A stretch of 63,688 nucleotides of DNA, the filler included, from Circinaria calcarea (lineage: Eukaryota), in the NCBI GenBank assembly GCA_051942165.1. It is 45 parts of 45 records of this genome, joined end to end, with 100 filler letters (N's around TTAATTAATTAA, not from the genome) between each part and the next. Parts side by side here need not be neighbours in the genome. Positions count along the whole stretch, not along the records: positions 48,299 to 49,611 come from JAVECS010004927.1; positions 49,712 to 51,024 come from JAVECS010004928.1; positions 51,125 to 52,436 come from JAVECS010004930.1; positions 52,537 to 53,847 come from JAVECS010004931.1; positions 53,948 to 55,256 come from JAVECS010004932.1; positions 55,357 to 56,663 come from JAVECS010004933.1; positions 56,764 to 58,070 come from JAVECS010004934.1; positions 58,171 to 59,476 come from JAVECS010004935.1; 37 more parts are not named here. The stretch is one strand, 5' to 3'. Under the pieces are notes generated by a model. That model saw only the letters and a list, made by a program, of their open reading frames with translations. It did no database searches and had not been told where the DNA came from. Shown in pieces: positions 48,304 through 61,126 of this stretch. Both the position numbers and the translations under genes were made by a program. How positions within the stretch are numbered: position 1 is the stretch's first letter; each line of letters opens with the position of its first letter.

Positions 48304-48628
48304 AAAACAATCTGCCCATCCGACCTCCTCCTTCTGCATGGACGTCGGCCAGATCAAAACCGGCGACGACAAAAACGACACTTACATCAAACTCCTCCAG
48401 CAGATCCTGCGCATCACCCCACCCATCGCCTACGGCATCACGGCCGAGTACCCTAGCGTTCAGAGCTTGGTGCAAGGCATGCGGAAGGAAGGCCCACTGA
48501 TGCTGGAGGATCTGAGGAAATCGGCGAATGCGAACGGGGCGTTGACGGATGCGAGGATCGGGCCGGCCTTGAGTAGGAGGGTTTATAAGATTTTTATGGG
48601 GAATGATCCGAGTTCTACGGATGTGTAG
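48304..48628 (+). CDS. EME1: Crossover-junction endonuclease subunit Eme1/Mms4, last exon
   Basis: FCMDVGQIKTGDDKNDTYIKLLQQILRITPPIAYGI..YPSV..RIGPALSRRVYKIFMGNDPSSTDV*. Confidence 0.88.
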
Positions 48629-49291
48629 GCAGGTACCTCGCGATCTTGTTAAATAGCTGAGGCCTCTTGGGATAGGTTGGCGGGGGTGTATAGTTGAGTT
48701 GTTGTATGTTGGGGGATAGAGTAGGGCTTTCGCTGGAAGGTGGGGGTCGCAGCTATAACTACACGGCACTTAGTACGTAGGGCTAGGTAAAGTCTGCCAC
48801 CCAAACAGACATTAAGCCATTGCCCCATTCCAGCATCCGGCGATTTCTCCTACTTCTATGACTACCTTATCCCATCCCTATCCCATTTCCCGGCACTATC
48901 AATAAAGTTCCACCCAGCAACCGAGCCCCATTGTTTCTACTGTACTTCATCAAAGTATCACAAGTATCACAAGTATCACAAGTACCACTATTCCCCTTTC
49001 CCCTGGTTCTTCTCCTTCTCCCCTTTCCCTAGTTCCCCATCCATTCATTGTCTTCGAACTCGTATCAGACCAAAATTTCTAAAATCGACATGAAATCAAG
49101 TTGAGGCTGTCCCCCCCCCCTTCCCTTCCAAGCAGTACACTAATCGTACCCCCAATATTTCTTGTATCTCGCGTATCTTGGTGGAGAACTCCGTGCATAA
49201 ACTTCCAAACTGCCAAACTGCCAAACTGGCAAAACGGAACTGGGCTTGGATCCAATCTTCGAAGACGAGATCTAGACGGTTGGACTTTGGC

Positions 49292-49421
49292 GATGGGTTT
49301 TGATGATGGTTTTTGGTGATGGGTTTTGGTGATGGGTTTTGATGATGGGTTTTGATGATGGGTTTTGGTGATGGGTTTTGGTGATGGGTTTTGGTGATGG
49401 GTTTTGGTGATGGGTTTTGGT
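49292..49421. repeat. 13-bp minisatellite GATGGGTTTTG(G/A)T x10
   Basis: Read directly from sequence. Confidence 0.95.
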
Positions 49422-49880
49422 TTTTGGTGAAAAAAAGGGGCGGGAAGAAAAGGGGGTGAGAGAGAAAGGGAAAGGGAAAGGGCAGGCGCGGATATGATTT
49501 CGGAGAATGACAGCTGGAAGCTGGTTGGAGCTGGCGGAACTGGTGGAGGGATATGGCTGTGGTCGTGGTCGTGGTGCAGCCTCCCGGGGGGGAGGAAGGG
49601 GAGTTGAGGGGNNNNNNNNNNNNNNNNNNNNNNNNNNNNNNNNNNNNNNNNNNNNTTAATTAATTAANNNNNNNNNNNNNNNNNNNNNNNNNNNNNNNNN
49701 NNNNNNNNNNNAGCAGGCTATTCCCGCTCTTTAGAATAGCATGTTTATAGACCGTGTTCAATAGACCCCTTACTATTGAGCCTAGGGCAACAGTTCAACT
49801 ACACCCTATGTAACCGTGCTATCACCAATCGGGACTTAACATATTCCTCATTAGGCCCCAGGGATTGGAGCGCCCTTACA

Positions 49881-51023
49881 AAGGGTACGTTAAAAATTTA
49901 AAGGGTCCAGAGCGAAAAGTCACAATTAAGTGAGGAATTTCAAAACTCGATCCCGACAGCATTCGCACTTGTAGTATCAATGCACTCATTAAAAATTAAT
50001 AGTTTCCAAAAAATAGAGGCCCGAATTAAAGAGCTTGATTCAGCGATCGAAACAAGCCCCTATTATCAAAAATCTATAGGTAGGCGCAATAGTTATATCG
50101 CATTGAATATATTAGTATGCGTGAGAGCAGGGCGGAAGGGTACATTAAAAATTTAAAGGGTCCAGAGCGAAAAGTCATAATCACGTGATAATAACTCGAT
50201 TATAGGCACGTGATTATATTTCGATTTCGCCCATTTACACTGCTTATTCGTTTACTATATAACTCCATGCGCCACCGACGGATTTTCGATATTGAAACGG
50301 CATTAAATAGAGCTGAATGCAACGATAAAATAGCCGTTTCAACTTCGCATTTTGAGGCGTTATTCGTAGAGTAATTCAATCTGGGGAATAGCATGCCTGG
50401 CAGCGCTGTAGTGGATTTCGCGAGTATACATTCCGCCACACATACCATAGTTTTCGCAGTTGAATATGATTTTTTTCTACCCTACCAATTTTAGAAAGTG
50501 AAACGGCATTTGAAAGCACTCAATCCGCGCATTAATATGAGCTTCTATGCACGCAATTCTATTGAAAATCGATAGAAAAATTAAAGATGGGGATTCCATG
50601 TAATTTTCGCGTAGTATTCGCAAAGTGGAAGCACGCATATTATATTTTCCACCGTCATGTTCGCAGTGAAATATGATTTTATTTCCCCTACCGAATTTAG
50701 CAAATAAAACGGCATTCGAAAGCGCCTATTCAGCGCTACAATCTAAGATTCTATTATTAAGATTTCGTTGAAAATTGAAAGAGTAATTAAAGCTGGGGAT
50801 TTTATAGAATACCACGCGGTAGCGAAGCCTACCTCCCGAATAAACGTTAACGAGAGAGGGAAACGCTTTATATATTATAAATTAATAAAATATTAATTTA
50901 TTTCGCGGATTAAATTAAACCGAAATTAAATAATTTAAATATATTTAATTTTTATAATATAAAAATTTTATTTTTTTATTTAAATTATAATAAATATTAA
51001 AATTTAATTTTAATTTAATTATT
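49881..51023. mobile_element. Non-coding dispersed repeat (lightly RIP-mutated copy) with internal sub-repeats
   Basis: Reverse-complement homolog of about 54100-55100. About 45-bp direct repeat at 49881 and 50136. About 205-bp tandem units from about 50450. Distal end extremely AT-rich. Confidence 0.8.
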
Positions 51024-51124
51024 ANNNNNNNNNNNNNNNNNNNNNNNNNNNNNNNNNNNNNNNNNNNNTTAATTAATTAANNNNNNNNNNNNNNNNNNNN
51101 NNNNNNNNNNNNNNNNNNNNNNNN

Positions 51125-51359
51125 CAGGTGTTTACGGGTATTGAGGGAAAGCTAGTCGACTTGAAGGATACCATCCGAAGCTTCAAGGCTATCATGAGCG
51201 GAGAGGGTGATGATCTACCCGAAGGTACGAATCAAGGCCCCAAATTCCTTTGTGTTCAGAGTCAATGCTAATTGGGATCCAGGTGCTTTCTACATGGTCG
51301 GTGACATCGACTCCGCGCGCGCCAAGGGCGAGAAGATTCTGGCGGACCTGGAGAAGTAG
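51125..51359 (+). CDS. ATP2: Mitochondrial ATP synthase beta subunit (nuclear gene), last 2 exons (to 51224; 51283-51359)
   Basis: [58 protein letters not shown]. Not in the ORF track. Confidence 0.96.
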
Positions 51360-53032
51360 AGAGTGTCACGGGTTTTGTGATAGAGGGGCAGTAGCTATTG
51401 TAGACAATATGAAGGAAGGATCCGACCGTGCTCCTTTACGTGGGGACGGCAAAGAGCGATCCGTAGCTGTGTACAAAAATTCCGGTTTTTTAGTTTTCAA
51501 CTCCTTCCTCCGGTGGAATTGTGCGATTACAAACTGGATTGGTTGAACATGTCCTTTTTTGCTATGCATGTAAAAACTTTTCGATCATTTTCGCCATTGT
51601 GAATTCGGATTCGTCGTATGTACCCCTTTGGGTGTACCTCTTTTGGACTTTTAACGTTTGGTTCGGGGCGGGCAAACGGCCCCAAAGGCTATCTCCCAGC
51701 TTTGGATATTTATCCCTTCCCCGGTAATCATGCACGTTTATCGAGTGCGGACTTCCAAACGCCCCCCATGGCTGGGTACCCCGTCCGTACCCATCAGCCT
51801 ACCTTTGGCTAAAGGCACACTCACTTACTCACCAACGCCTCCCCCCAGCCCAGCCCAGCACAGCATAGACGTACCCCCGTTTAGAACCTTGCCCTTTTAG
51901 CTTTCATGCACCCGTTCCAATCCCTTCCTTCCTTCCTTCCTTTCTCTTTCCCCCTCCTTCTCTATCCTCCCACTCCCCCCTCATCATCTCCACTTACAAT
52001 GCCAGAAAACCTAACCGGTCCCTGTTGCACTGACGTTTTCATCCCCCGCCATGGACCCTGCCATGGACCCCGAAACCGACGTCCTCTTCTCCCTAGCCTC
52101 CTTCTTCCTCTCTACCCTAGTCTTCTCCTTAATCTCCCACTCGGCAATCGAATGCAGCTTTAGACATTCGTCGGGGGGCATGGGAAGTAACTGTATCGAC
52201 CGCTCATATGGTTAGCGAAGAGAGAGAGAGAGAGAGAGAGCGGGAGCGAAGGGGGGTGGAGGGGGCTAGGGCTACTTACATGCGTCCATTTTCTTTCCCA
52301 CTGCCTCCGTACCTCTGCTCCTTCTTCTCCTAACCCATGCACGACATGGAGTCGTCGCATCCCTTTTACTTTCATCCGCGTCCAACCGGCGAACCAATCT
52401 ACGAGGAGGGCGTCGTTTCTAGCTATGCCTTCGGTGNNNNNNNNNNNNNNNNNNNNNNNNNNNNNNNNNNNNNNNNNNNNTTAATTAATTAANNNNNNNN
52501 NNNNNNNNNNNNNNNNNNNNNNNNNNNNNNNNNNNNTGTGAGCTGCGTCGATTACATGGTCACCCTGCGCAAGACCCCATACACAGAAACTGCTGTTACT
52601 CTGGCAAGGCAAGCTTTCACTTTGCTCATAAGCATACCAACACTAAGATACACCGCAAAGCAACCTTTGGATTCAACACGAACCTTCATCGTGCATTCCA
52701 TCGGGTCTTGGACTGTAAGAGTACCTATCTTTCCAGCGATACATTGAATCGAAAGGCACATTCTCGGAGTAACACTTCCATCGTTACATTATCAGAAGGG
52801 CTGTAAGGCTGAAGTGTCAAGGGCTAGGGTCCGCGCACTAGCGCGATCAATCCAAAGTAAACAATCGCGCAACCATCACCCGCAGAAATCCACATATCGA
52901 AGGCTTGTGAAGCTGCTCTGTTTACTAATACACCGTGATAGTCGTTTAAGAACACAGTAATGGGACAGCCAGTTTTACTCTTTCCCTAATCTGAACCTTC
53001 TTGCCAGTCTTTCGAACCACACCAACGCGATC

Positions 53033-53847
53033 ATGGATTCCTCCATGGTTGAGTCCGTGTTTGATGGTGGAGATATCTCAGATGCGTTCTCGCCAGCGCC
53101 AGTCACTGTGAGTCTTCAATGTAATTCTGCAGGATATGGTTGACCATCATGACACAATGATTGCTCACCCATTCTGTTGTATAGAAAGCCAAAGCCAAGC
53201 CTGGTCCAAAGAAAGCTACTGCTCCTAAGACGACAGCCCCTAGGGCCAAAGCTGCACCTAAGAAGACGGCGCAAACAACATTGAAACAAAAGACAAAGCC
53301 TGCAGCTACCAAGAAGCGAGCTAAGCCGGACAGCGAGGATGAGGACTTGGACGCTGAACGTAACTCTCTCCACGATGGATCCTTACTCTCAGCGACACCA
53401 CCCAGCGCCAAGAAACAGAAGAAAGGACCTGCCCCAAAGAAGATGGCGAGTAAGCCTCTTCGGGAACTGGAGAACGGTGCTACTGGTTTCGACGGCGCGG
53501 CGGATCCGAAACTCAAAAAAGCAGCTGGAGCAACGGATCAGTACCAAAAGGTCTGTCATGGGTCTCCACTAGCGATGCCGCCAGAGACTAATTTGAATCC
53601 ATAGCTTACACAACTCGAGCACATTATCAAACGGCCAGATACATATATTGGCTCCGTTGAACGTAGCGAGCATCCCATGTGGGTATACAACACCGAAATG
53701 GACTGTATGGAAATGCGGAAAGTCAATTTCGTACCGGGCCTTTACAAGATTTTCGACGAGATTCTCGTCAACGCCGCCGACAACAAGCAGCGTGACAAGA
53801 ATATGGATACAATCAAGGTCACAATAGATCGGGACAAAGGGGAAATC
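53033..53847 (+). CDS. TOP2: DNA topoisomerase II, N-terminal 3 exons (about 53033-53101, 53185-53550, 53604-53847)
   Basis: DQYQK|LTQLEHIIKRPDTYIGSVE..FVPGLYKIFDEILVNAADNKQRDKNM. Confidence 0.97.
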
Positions 53848-53947
53848 NNNNNNNNNNNNNNNNNNNNNNNNNNNNNNNNNNNNNNNNNNNNTTAATTAAT
53901 TAANNNNNNNNNNNNNNNNNNNNNNNNNNNNNNNNNNNNNNNNNNNN

Positions 53948-55256
53948 TTATTATACTGCGTGCAAAAGTATTATTGAATTGGAAGTGAAGAATAATTTTC
54001 CCCTACGGGGAAAATCCTCGGGATATACTACCTAAATGGCGTTAACTTCCCGTTAATCCCCAAACCGCAGGCGCAGCCTGCGGTGTGATTATAATAAGAA
54101 GCTTAAATTATAATATTAAATAAACGTTTTCGAATATTGTTTTATTTACTAAATTCGGTAAAGGAAATGAAATCATATTTCACTACGAATATAACAGTGG
54201 AAAATATAATATACGTGTTTCCACTTTGCGAATATTACGCGAAAACTACGTGGAATCCCCACTATTAACTATTCTATCGATTTTTAATAGAATTATATAT
54301 ATAAAAGCTTATTTTAATGCACCGAATAAACGCTTTTAAATATTATTTCATTTATTGAAATTGGTCGCGGAAATAAAATCATATTTCACTGCGAAAATAA
54401 AGGTGGAGAATATAATATGCGTGCTTCCACTATAAGAATATTACGCGAAAACTAAATGGAATCCCCAGCTTTAACTCCTCTATTGATTTTTAATAAAAAC
54501 CCGTGCATAGAAGCTTATATTAATGTGCGGAATCAGCGTTTTTAAACGCCGTTTTATTTATTAAAATCGGTAGGGTAGAAAAAATCATATTTAATTGCGA
54601 AAACTATAGTATACGTGGCGGAATATATACTCGCGAAATCCATTATAACGTTACCAGGCATATTATTCCCCAGATTAAATTATTTTACGAATAATACTTT
54701 AAAATACGGAGTTGAAACGATTATTTTATTATTATATTTAATTTTATTTAATATTATTTTAATATCGAAAATTTATCGGTGGCGTATGGAATTATATTAT
54801 TACGAAGAGATATATAATAATAATTTCCTTATATAATTTAAATTTTCCAATTAAATTCTTTAAATTTTTAATATATTCTTCCGCCCGGTTCCTACGCATA
54901 CTTTTTTATTTAATACGACATAATTATTGCGCCTTATTATAAATTTATAATAATAAAAATTTATTTTAATCGCTGAATTAAGCTTTTTTATTTAAATTTT
55001 TATTTATTAAAAATTATTTATTTTTCGTGAGTATATCGAAATTATAAATACGAAAAAATTTGGGATTATATTTTGAAATTCTTCACGTGATCTCGGTTTA
55101 TTTAACGGACCCTTTTATCGATCTTAATATTTAATATTTTATTATTTTTAATAAAAATTACCGGTTTATAATTATAATATAAAACGATATTTAATATTTT
55201 AATATCTTGAATTTTTTTAAAACGCCGGTACTATTAATAGCCTTACCGGTTAATAT
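53948..55256. mobile_element. Heavily RIP-mutated copy of the 49881-51023 repeat
   Basis: Alignable by eye. In the stretch compared, differences are almost all C>T/G>A. Contains about 3 of the roughly 205-bp units. Confidence 0.85.
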
Positions 55257-55597
55257 NNNNNNNNNNNNNNNNNNNNNNNNNNNNNNNNNNNNNNNNNNNN
55301 TTAATTAATTAANNNNNNNNNNNNNNNNNNNNNNNNNNNNNNNNNNNNNNNNNNNNGAAAATAATCTGCATCCTCACACGGCGGATCCGGACGAGGACTG
55401 GAAGCGGATAGAGGCGGAACTTCTGCCGATTACTATGTGGCAGATGCGGAGGCCCGTTAGAGGGGAGTAATCGGTCGGGGAAGGAAAACCGATTCGACCT
55501 GTCTACAGACGTAGATTTAACGAAATTTTTGAAGATGAGTACAGACCATCCTTGTTCTTTTCAAAACTTGTTCGTGCTCAAAAGGATTACAATATCA

Positions 55598-56662
55598 TCA
55601 CTCTACCGGACAAAGCCTTTCAGTCATATCATCATTCTCATGCTTCAACCCCCATTCCACTGCGTGGCGGATCGCCTCATCCTGATCAAGAAGCGGGCGA
55701 TACCCAAGCCTTGTTTTCGCCTTCTCAATTGAGAACATGCATCCGGTTTTCAAGTGCATTATGTCCTCGCTTCGCATCTCGGGTTTTGTTAACCCCACGG
55801 TGAAAATCCAATATAACCACTCCACTATTGTTGCCATGGATATCATGAGCCAAAAAGGAATGATCTTTATCTCTCCAAGTGGCGTTTCATCCCCGGCTGC
55901 CGCTAGAACCTTACGGAAAAAATCCCAGAACGGCGTATGCACCCCATCCGTGATGAAAAACGCTTCGCCACTGATCTTCAAGGTCGTCAGGCTTGCTCTC
56001 TCCGCCAGTAGGCCTTTTACGGCAAGAACGTGGGCGTGAGCCGCGCTTTGCACGTACACAAAGTTGAAGAGCTTGGAATTGTTCCCGATTTGTATCTTAT
56101 GCTGACCACTTCGCATTCTCTTTATTGTGTTGTCAATCATGATGCAGTGTCCCTCGCCATAGACTGTGGGGATTCGGAGGCTGATGGTCGCAAGCGATGG
56201 GCCATCTGCGTTAATCACCAGGGTTTCCGCCAAAGCTTTAAACTTGGCATAAGGGTTTACGTTAGAAAACTCGCTCCAGACGACCGCTTCGTCTTCCGTA
56301 AGCTCCGTGCCAATCTGCCTCACAACCTGGTCTGTGGCAGTATACACGAAACCTTCCACCCCCGGGTTTTCTGTTGCGCAATCCAGCAAATTCCGAGTAC
56401 CCTTGAGAATGACTTCTCGGAGAAGGCTTCCTTTTGCGGCATGGCCAGGGGAGGCCAGGTGAACAATGAACCGAGGCTTCACTTTGGCCAGGACCGAACG
56501 GACAGCATCTCTATCCCTTACATCCCCCGCATAGTATCCAACTTGAGGAATGCATCCTCTCGCAGGATTCCGACTGAAGACCGAAATCGCTGTGCAGCTG
56601 GGCTCATCAAGAAATTTGCGAACGATATGACTGCCAAGGAAGCCACAGCCACCTGTGATAAG
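55598..56662 (-). CDS. 3-beta-hydroxysteroid dehydrogenase/Erg26-like extended SDR, 5' truncated
   Basis: LITGGCGFLGSHIV, IVHLASP, GTRNLL, PYAKFKALAE (YxxxK), FVYVQSAAHAHVLA, GEAFFITD, FSIEKAKTRLGYRP. Confidence 0.9.
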   Translation of the reverse strand, partial: LITGGCGFLGSHIVRKFLDEPSCTAISVFSRNPARGCIPQVGYYAGDVRDRDAVRSVLAKVKPRFIVHLASPGHAAKGSLLREVILKGTRNLLDCATENPGVEGFVYTATDQVVRQIGTELTEDEAVVWSEFSNVNPYAKFKALAETLVINADGPSLATISLRIPTVYGEGHCIMIDNTIKRMRSGQHKIQIGNNSKLFNFVYVQSAAHAHVLAVKGLLAERASLTTLKISGEAFFITDGVHTPFWDFFRKVLAAAGDETPLGEIKIIPFWLMISMATIVEWLYWIFTVGLTKPEMRSEDIMHLKTGCMFSIEKAKTRLGYRPLLDQDEAIRHAVEWGLKHENDDMTERLCPVE

Positions 56663-57334
56663 GNNNNNNNNNNNNNNNNNNNNNNNNNNNNNNNNNNNNN
56701 NNNNNNNTTAATTAATTAANNNNNNNNNNNNNNNNNNNNNNNNNNNNNNNNNNNNNNNNNNNNTTACTGCTACGAACGTTGGTTAGATTCTAATGATTGA
56801 AACTGAAGGTTTTCCTCCCCGGTGGCTTCGATTCTCCAATCTATTCTTGATTCTAATGCTATGTTTAGAACTTATCCTCTACAAGACCAGTATGGCAATA
56901 TCGCAGGCAACAGGAGTTCTGGGGCAACTCCTGGCAGTGGAAGTACAGTGAATAGACCTGGTAGCAAAAGTCTCTCATCCTAGTCTCGAGCGGCCAAGAG
57001 GACGTAAACATGCAGTATTAATCTCCGGCGAATACAGGCTCAGAGATAGGCGGTGCGGGAGGAAATGTGCAAGATATCATGTAAAACATGTGGCATTCGG
57101 ACAAAAGATCAGACACGTCATTTAATACTCAGAATATGTACCCAGTCCGTAATGTACTCTCTTTGCTCGCTAAAGGGCATTGTTTGGGATGACGTCGCCG
57201 GAAAAGTGCAAACGACCTTTACAATAACCTGTATTTGATCGTCATGGCCTTCAAGCTCTGCCTTCTCTTCATCTTCCAACACGCCCTACAGCTAAACACA
57301 ATACTTCTCGCAAAGAGTTCTGCAGAGCGTTGAG

Positions 57335-58070
57335 ATGGCTGAAAAAGTAAAGGAAGTCGCAGTGGAGGAAGCGGAACGGATCAAAGTCCTAGCTACAGAT
57401 GCTGCTCGCTCAGGCGCATATCTCTACCCGATTCGGGTCAGTAGGATGTACTCGTCGCAATTGATCAATGACCCCGTTCAACTGACTGGGTAATTCTTAA
57501 TGTTTGTGCTGACAGGTGTCTACAGGGTATCGCATATTTCGTGTCCCACCGCTCGCTATGGAAACCTCTTACGTCAAAGTTGATCCCTACACTGACCCTC
57601 GGTCTGGGCGTCACCACGTTCATGTTTGTCTTCACGTACCTACCCCAGGCGGCTGTCATGACTTTCACCCAAGGGCCCCTGGCAGCCATTAGCGCGGCTT
57701 TACTGGTCCTGAGTGAGAGTTCAACGTTGTTCACAATGCTCAGTAAGACCTTCCTGATCGAAGACGCTTTGGTCGATACATTCGATGGAGTACTGGTATC
57801 AAAGGATGCCACGAATCTTGTGTCCAGTGGCAGACATATTCAAGCCGGTGGAGACCCAATGGCCAAATTGGGAAAACTGATCAAGAAACCGTTCGCCAAA
57901 TTCGCGCCAAAGGCAATCATTCGATATCTAATGTATCTACCTTTGAACTTCATCCCCATTGTCGGGACGATTATGTTTGTCATTTTGCAGGGAAGAAGGG
58001 CCGGACCAGTGGCCCACACGAGGTATTTCCAGCTAAAGGAATGGAATGGAGCGCAACGTGAGAAGCATAT
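57335..58070 (+). CDS. EI24-domain (Rrt8/Lds-like) membrane protein (exons 57335-57436, about 57526-58070), 3' truncated
   Basis: SGAYLYPIR|GIAYFVSHRSLWKPL..FTYLPQAA..GPLA..LVLSESS..LPLNFIPIVG..AHTRYFQLKEW. Confidence 0.85.
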
Positions 58071-58170
58071 NNNNNNNNNNNNNNNNNNNNNNNNNNNNNN
58101 NNNNNNNNNNNNNNTTAATTAATTAANNNNNNNNNNNNNNNNNNNNNNNNNNNNNNNNNNNNNNNNNNNN

Positions 58171-58242
<72 letters not shown>

Positions 58243-58292
58243 AAAAAGAAAAAGAAAAAGAAAAAGAAAAAGAAAAAGAAAAAGAAAAAAAA
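58171..58292. repeat. Poly(A) tract grading into (GAAAAA)n
   Basis: About 59 A at the contig edge, then hexamer repeats. Likely cause of the assembly break. Confidence 0.95.
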
Positions 58293-59015
58293 ATCAGCGG
58301 ATCATGGTAGAGGGTTTTTTGATTTTGGGAGGAACTTTTTATATTTTGCCATAACGTTTGAGAGTTCGACATGTATCTGTATTCCAGCTCCGAGGGGGAG
58401 TTTGGAGGAAGGGGGGTGGGCTCCTGTCCAAATGTCATGGGGTCAGCCCTAGGCCACCCCTGACGGGCGCACGTAGGCCCGGCGCAGCCCTACGGGCCAT
58501 GTATTTAGCTTCATGCAGCCAGAAATGGCTGCATTACATCCATCTTACACTGAATACACAAACTATGCACTTGAGAGCACGCCTCCTTCGACTACGTGAC
58601 ACCAAATACCTACGGTACCATATATTTTAAACGAATTTTTAAACGAAATATTTTCTAAATTTTTCTTAGTTTTACCTCTATGTAAAACTAGATTTCCCTA
58701 GACAAAAAGGCAGATACTAACCTTGGGTCTTGGGTCTTAGGTTTTGGAAAGCTGGGAGAACCCATCCCGCCCTTCTCTTTCTCTCTCTTTTATACAGCTG
58801 GGGAACCTCCCCCCTTCTCTTTTATACAGCTTCTTCTTCCTGATACTGTCTCAATTGTTTCCTCGAACTATATTCTCTTCTCTAGACTCTGTATTTCTTT
58901 AGCAAATATCCCGTAAATAACACATGTGACTTTTTGCAGACAAGTAAATTCACCCCGGAGGGTGGGAATCTAACACTTCTTTTTCACCCCCTTTCAACCC
59001 AAATGTCTACTGCGC

Positions 59016-59476
59016 CTACTCCAACACAGCCTCGATAATGCTTTCTGAATCCTCTCTTCCCGTCCAGATTCGCGCGATCTCTAGTCCGACAGCACTCAGG
59101 AGCTCGCGCCACTGTTCTTCCGTCCGCTCCATCCCCGCAGTCACCGACATCATGTTGAGGTCGGAATGGGTGGTGAACAAGCTCGCTCCCTTCAGAGGAA
59201 CTACCATTTCGTTGATAAGGGTCTTGGAGTATTCTCTGGACATGGCTGCTGCGAGCTGCTGCAGAATAGCCCGGCATTGGTCGTCGTTCCAGTCGTGAAG
59301 GACGTTGCGCGTGTAATATGCTCGCGCACCTTGAATAATCACATCAGCGGTGACCGTTACCACGATGGCTTTAAAGCAACCAGGAATACATTACCTTGTA
59401 CTGGCTGCGGCTCGAAGAAATTGTGCACCATCGCCTCTACTCGCGTCGGCTCGTGTCCTTTGACCTTCTCGACTAC
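59016..59476 (-). CDS. Second O-methyltransferase, last 2 exons (intron about 59331-59393)
   Basis: MVHNFFEPQPVQG|ARAYYTRNVLHDWNDDQCRAIL..LINEMVVP..DLNMM..ERTEEQWRELL..ESIIEAVLE*. Confidence 0.92.
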
Positions 59477-61126
59477 NNNNNNNNNNNNNNNNNNNNNNNN
59501 NNNNNNNNNNNNNNNNNNNNTTAATTAATTAANNNNNNNNNNNNNNNNNNNNNNNNNNNNNNNNNNNNNNNNNNNNGGAACCTTATGAATCTGGAAATAA
59601 GCTGTGTATTCACAGGGGGGGAACTGAGGGAGTTGCCGGCTCGACGGATTGCCCAGCTTTCGAATAGACCGGAGCGAAGGGAGTATCAAGTACTGTTTGG
59701 AGGGAACCTAAACAAGACGATGGAGTAGTCCGAAGTCGATTCATGAGTGTAAGCAGAGCATGACCTGGCCATACATCGTGCCTCTTCCCCGCCGTGGGTT
59801 TTACCGATCAAAGGCAGATGCAGGCGAAGGCCAAGGTGAGGATGGGATTGAGGATGGGATAACCGCGGAACGAGGGAGTGGCTGCATCTCGGCAGCAAAT
59901 GAGATGAGGAGTACCCAGACTGCGGTGAGAGGCATACTGATTGCTGGAGTTTGATACGTCTTGCCCGACAGCTCAACGAGAAGCGTATGCACCAACGCCC
60001 CCCTTCAGCTCGCCTCCTTCCCCTCTTTCCCGTTCCACAGACCCCCGCAGGCTAACCCGTTCTGGTATCTCTGGCTTTGATTCATCGGTATGGGTAGATC
60101 GGTCGAGCTCGATTGACATGCTGCACGAAGCTCATGCACTTGATGCAACGCCTAGTAAAACTTGCCAAGTGCCTTGGACCTTTAGATGTAGTTATTAGAG
60201 CGGGTGTCCGCATTGATACGGATTCGGCATGATTGCACGGCGTAAGGAAAGCTTGGACCGTCGAGTATGTCGGATCACTTGTGGCAGAAGTGGCCGGCTT
60301 TTTTTTTTTTTTTTGATTCCCCTCGAGATCCCCAGCAGCAACAACAGCAACCCTCCCAAAGTCTTTACATCGTTGCTGCAGCGAGCGAAAGGATTCAATT
60401 GAAGGGCATCACTTTACCCATCAAAATGGCGGGGGACCGTTAACCCCGCGTCGGAAGCTGAAATAACCAACGTTAAGGTGGAGTAAAGGCACGCGACTTC
60501 CCGGGGAGATCGGCAGGGTACCAGTACAGGGCACGTGATCCCGGACTCACCACCAATCATCAGCTCAAGGGCTAAGCATTCGCTAATTGCGTTGGCCTGG
60601 ATATCAAACCACCAAATTTCCGCCTGAACTGGGAACACTTTCTCATTGGCCTATCATCTTCCCTCGCAGTTCTCGCTTCAAGCAGAGGCGGCTTCAGAAG
60701 ACATGTGCAACCTAGGCCTTCATATTCTCTGCAGACAGTCAACTCGGTTGCTTAAACGACGAGCGTGCCCAACTTCACCCGTTTCTCCCAAACCACAGCT
60801 GTTCTAATGCATCCTGTCGATATCCAATCTTGGGGCTTCCATTCACTCTCCTTGTGTAAGCAAGAGGCATGACCAGGCGATNNNNNNNNNNNNNNNNNNN
60901 NNNNNNNNNNNNNNNNNNNNNNNNNTTAATTAATTAANNNNNNNNNNNNNNNNNNNNNNNNNNNNNNNNNNNNNNNNNNNNCCCCCCCCCCAATCAAGGC
61001 AAGGCCCGGATCGTAACCGTCGTGGAAGGGAAAAAGAAAAAGAAAGGGAAAGAAAAGAAAAAAGGGGAGAGAGCTTTTTTATTTGGCTACTGCTACAAAA
61101 TCACCAATCGCCAATTCACCGCCCCA

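Noticed and set aside
50200..50448. ORF conserved with 54615-54836 as a protein family
   Set aside because: The similarity is nucleotide-level repeat homology with RIP-type changes, and no protein motif is present.
56030..56719. Long plus-strand ORF (likewise 24155-24811, 35509-35886, 45570-46049, 47883-48254)
   Set aside because: Antisense shadows of well-supported genes on the other strand.
58115..58438. Poly-Phe ORF, or poly(A) as a LINE tail
   Set aside because: Homopolymer at the contig edge. The sequence 5' of the A tract is missing, so a retroposon cannot be supported.
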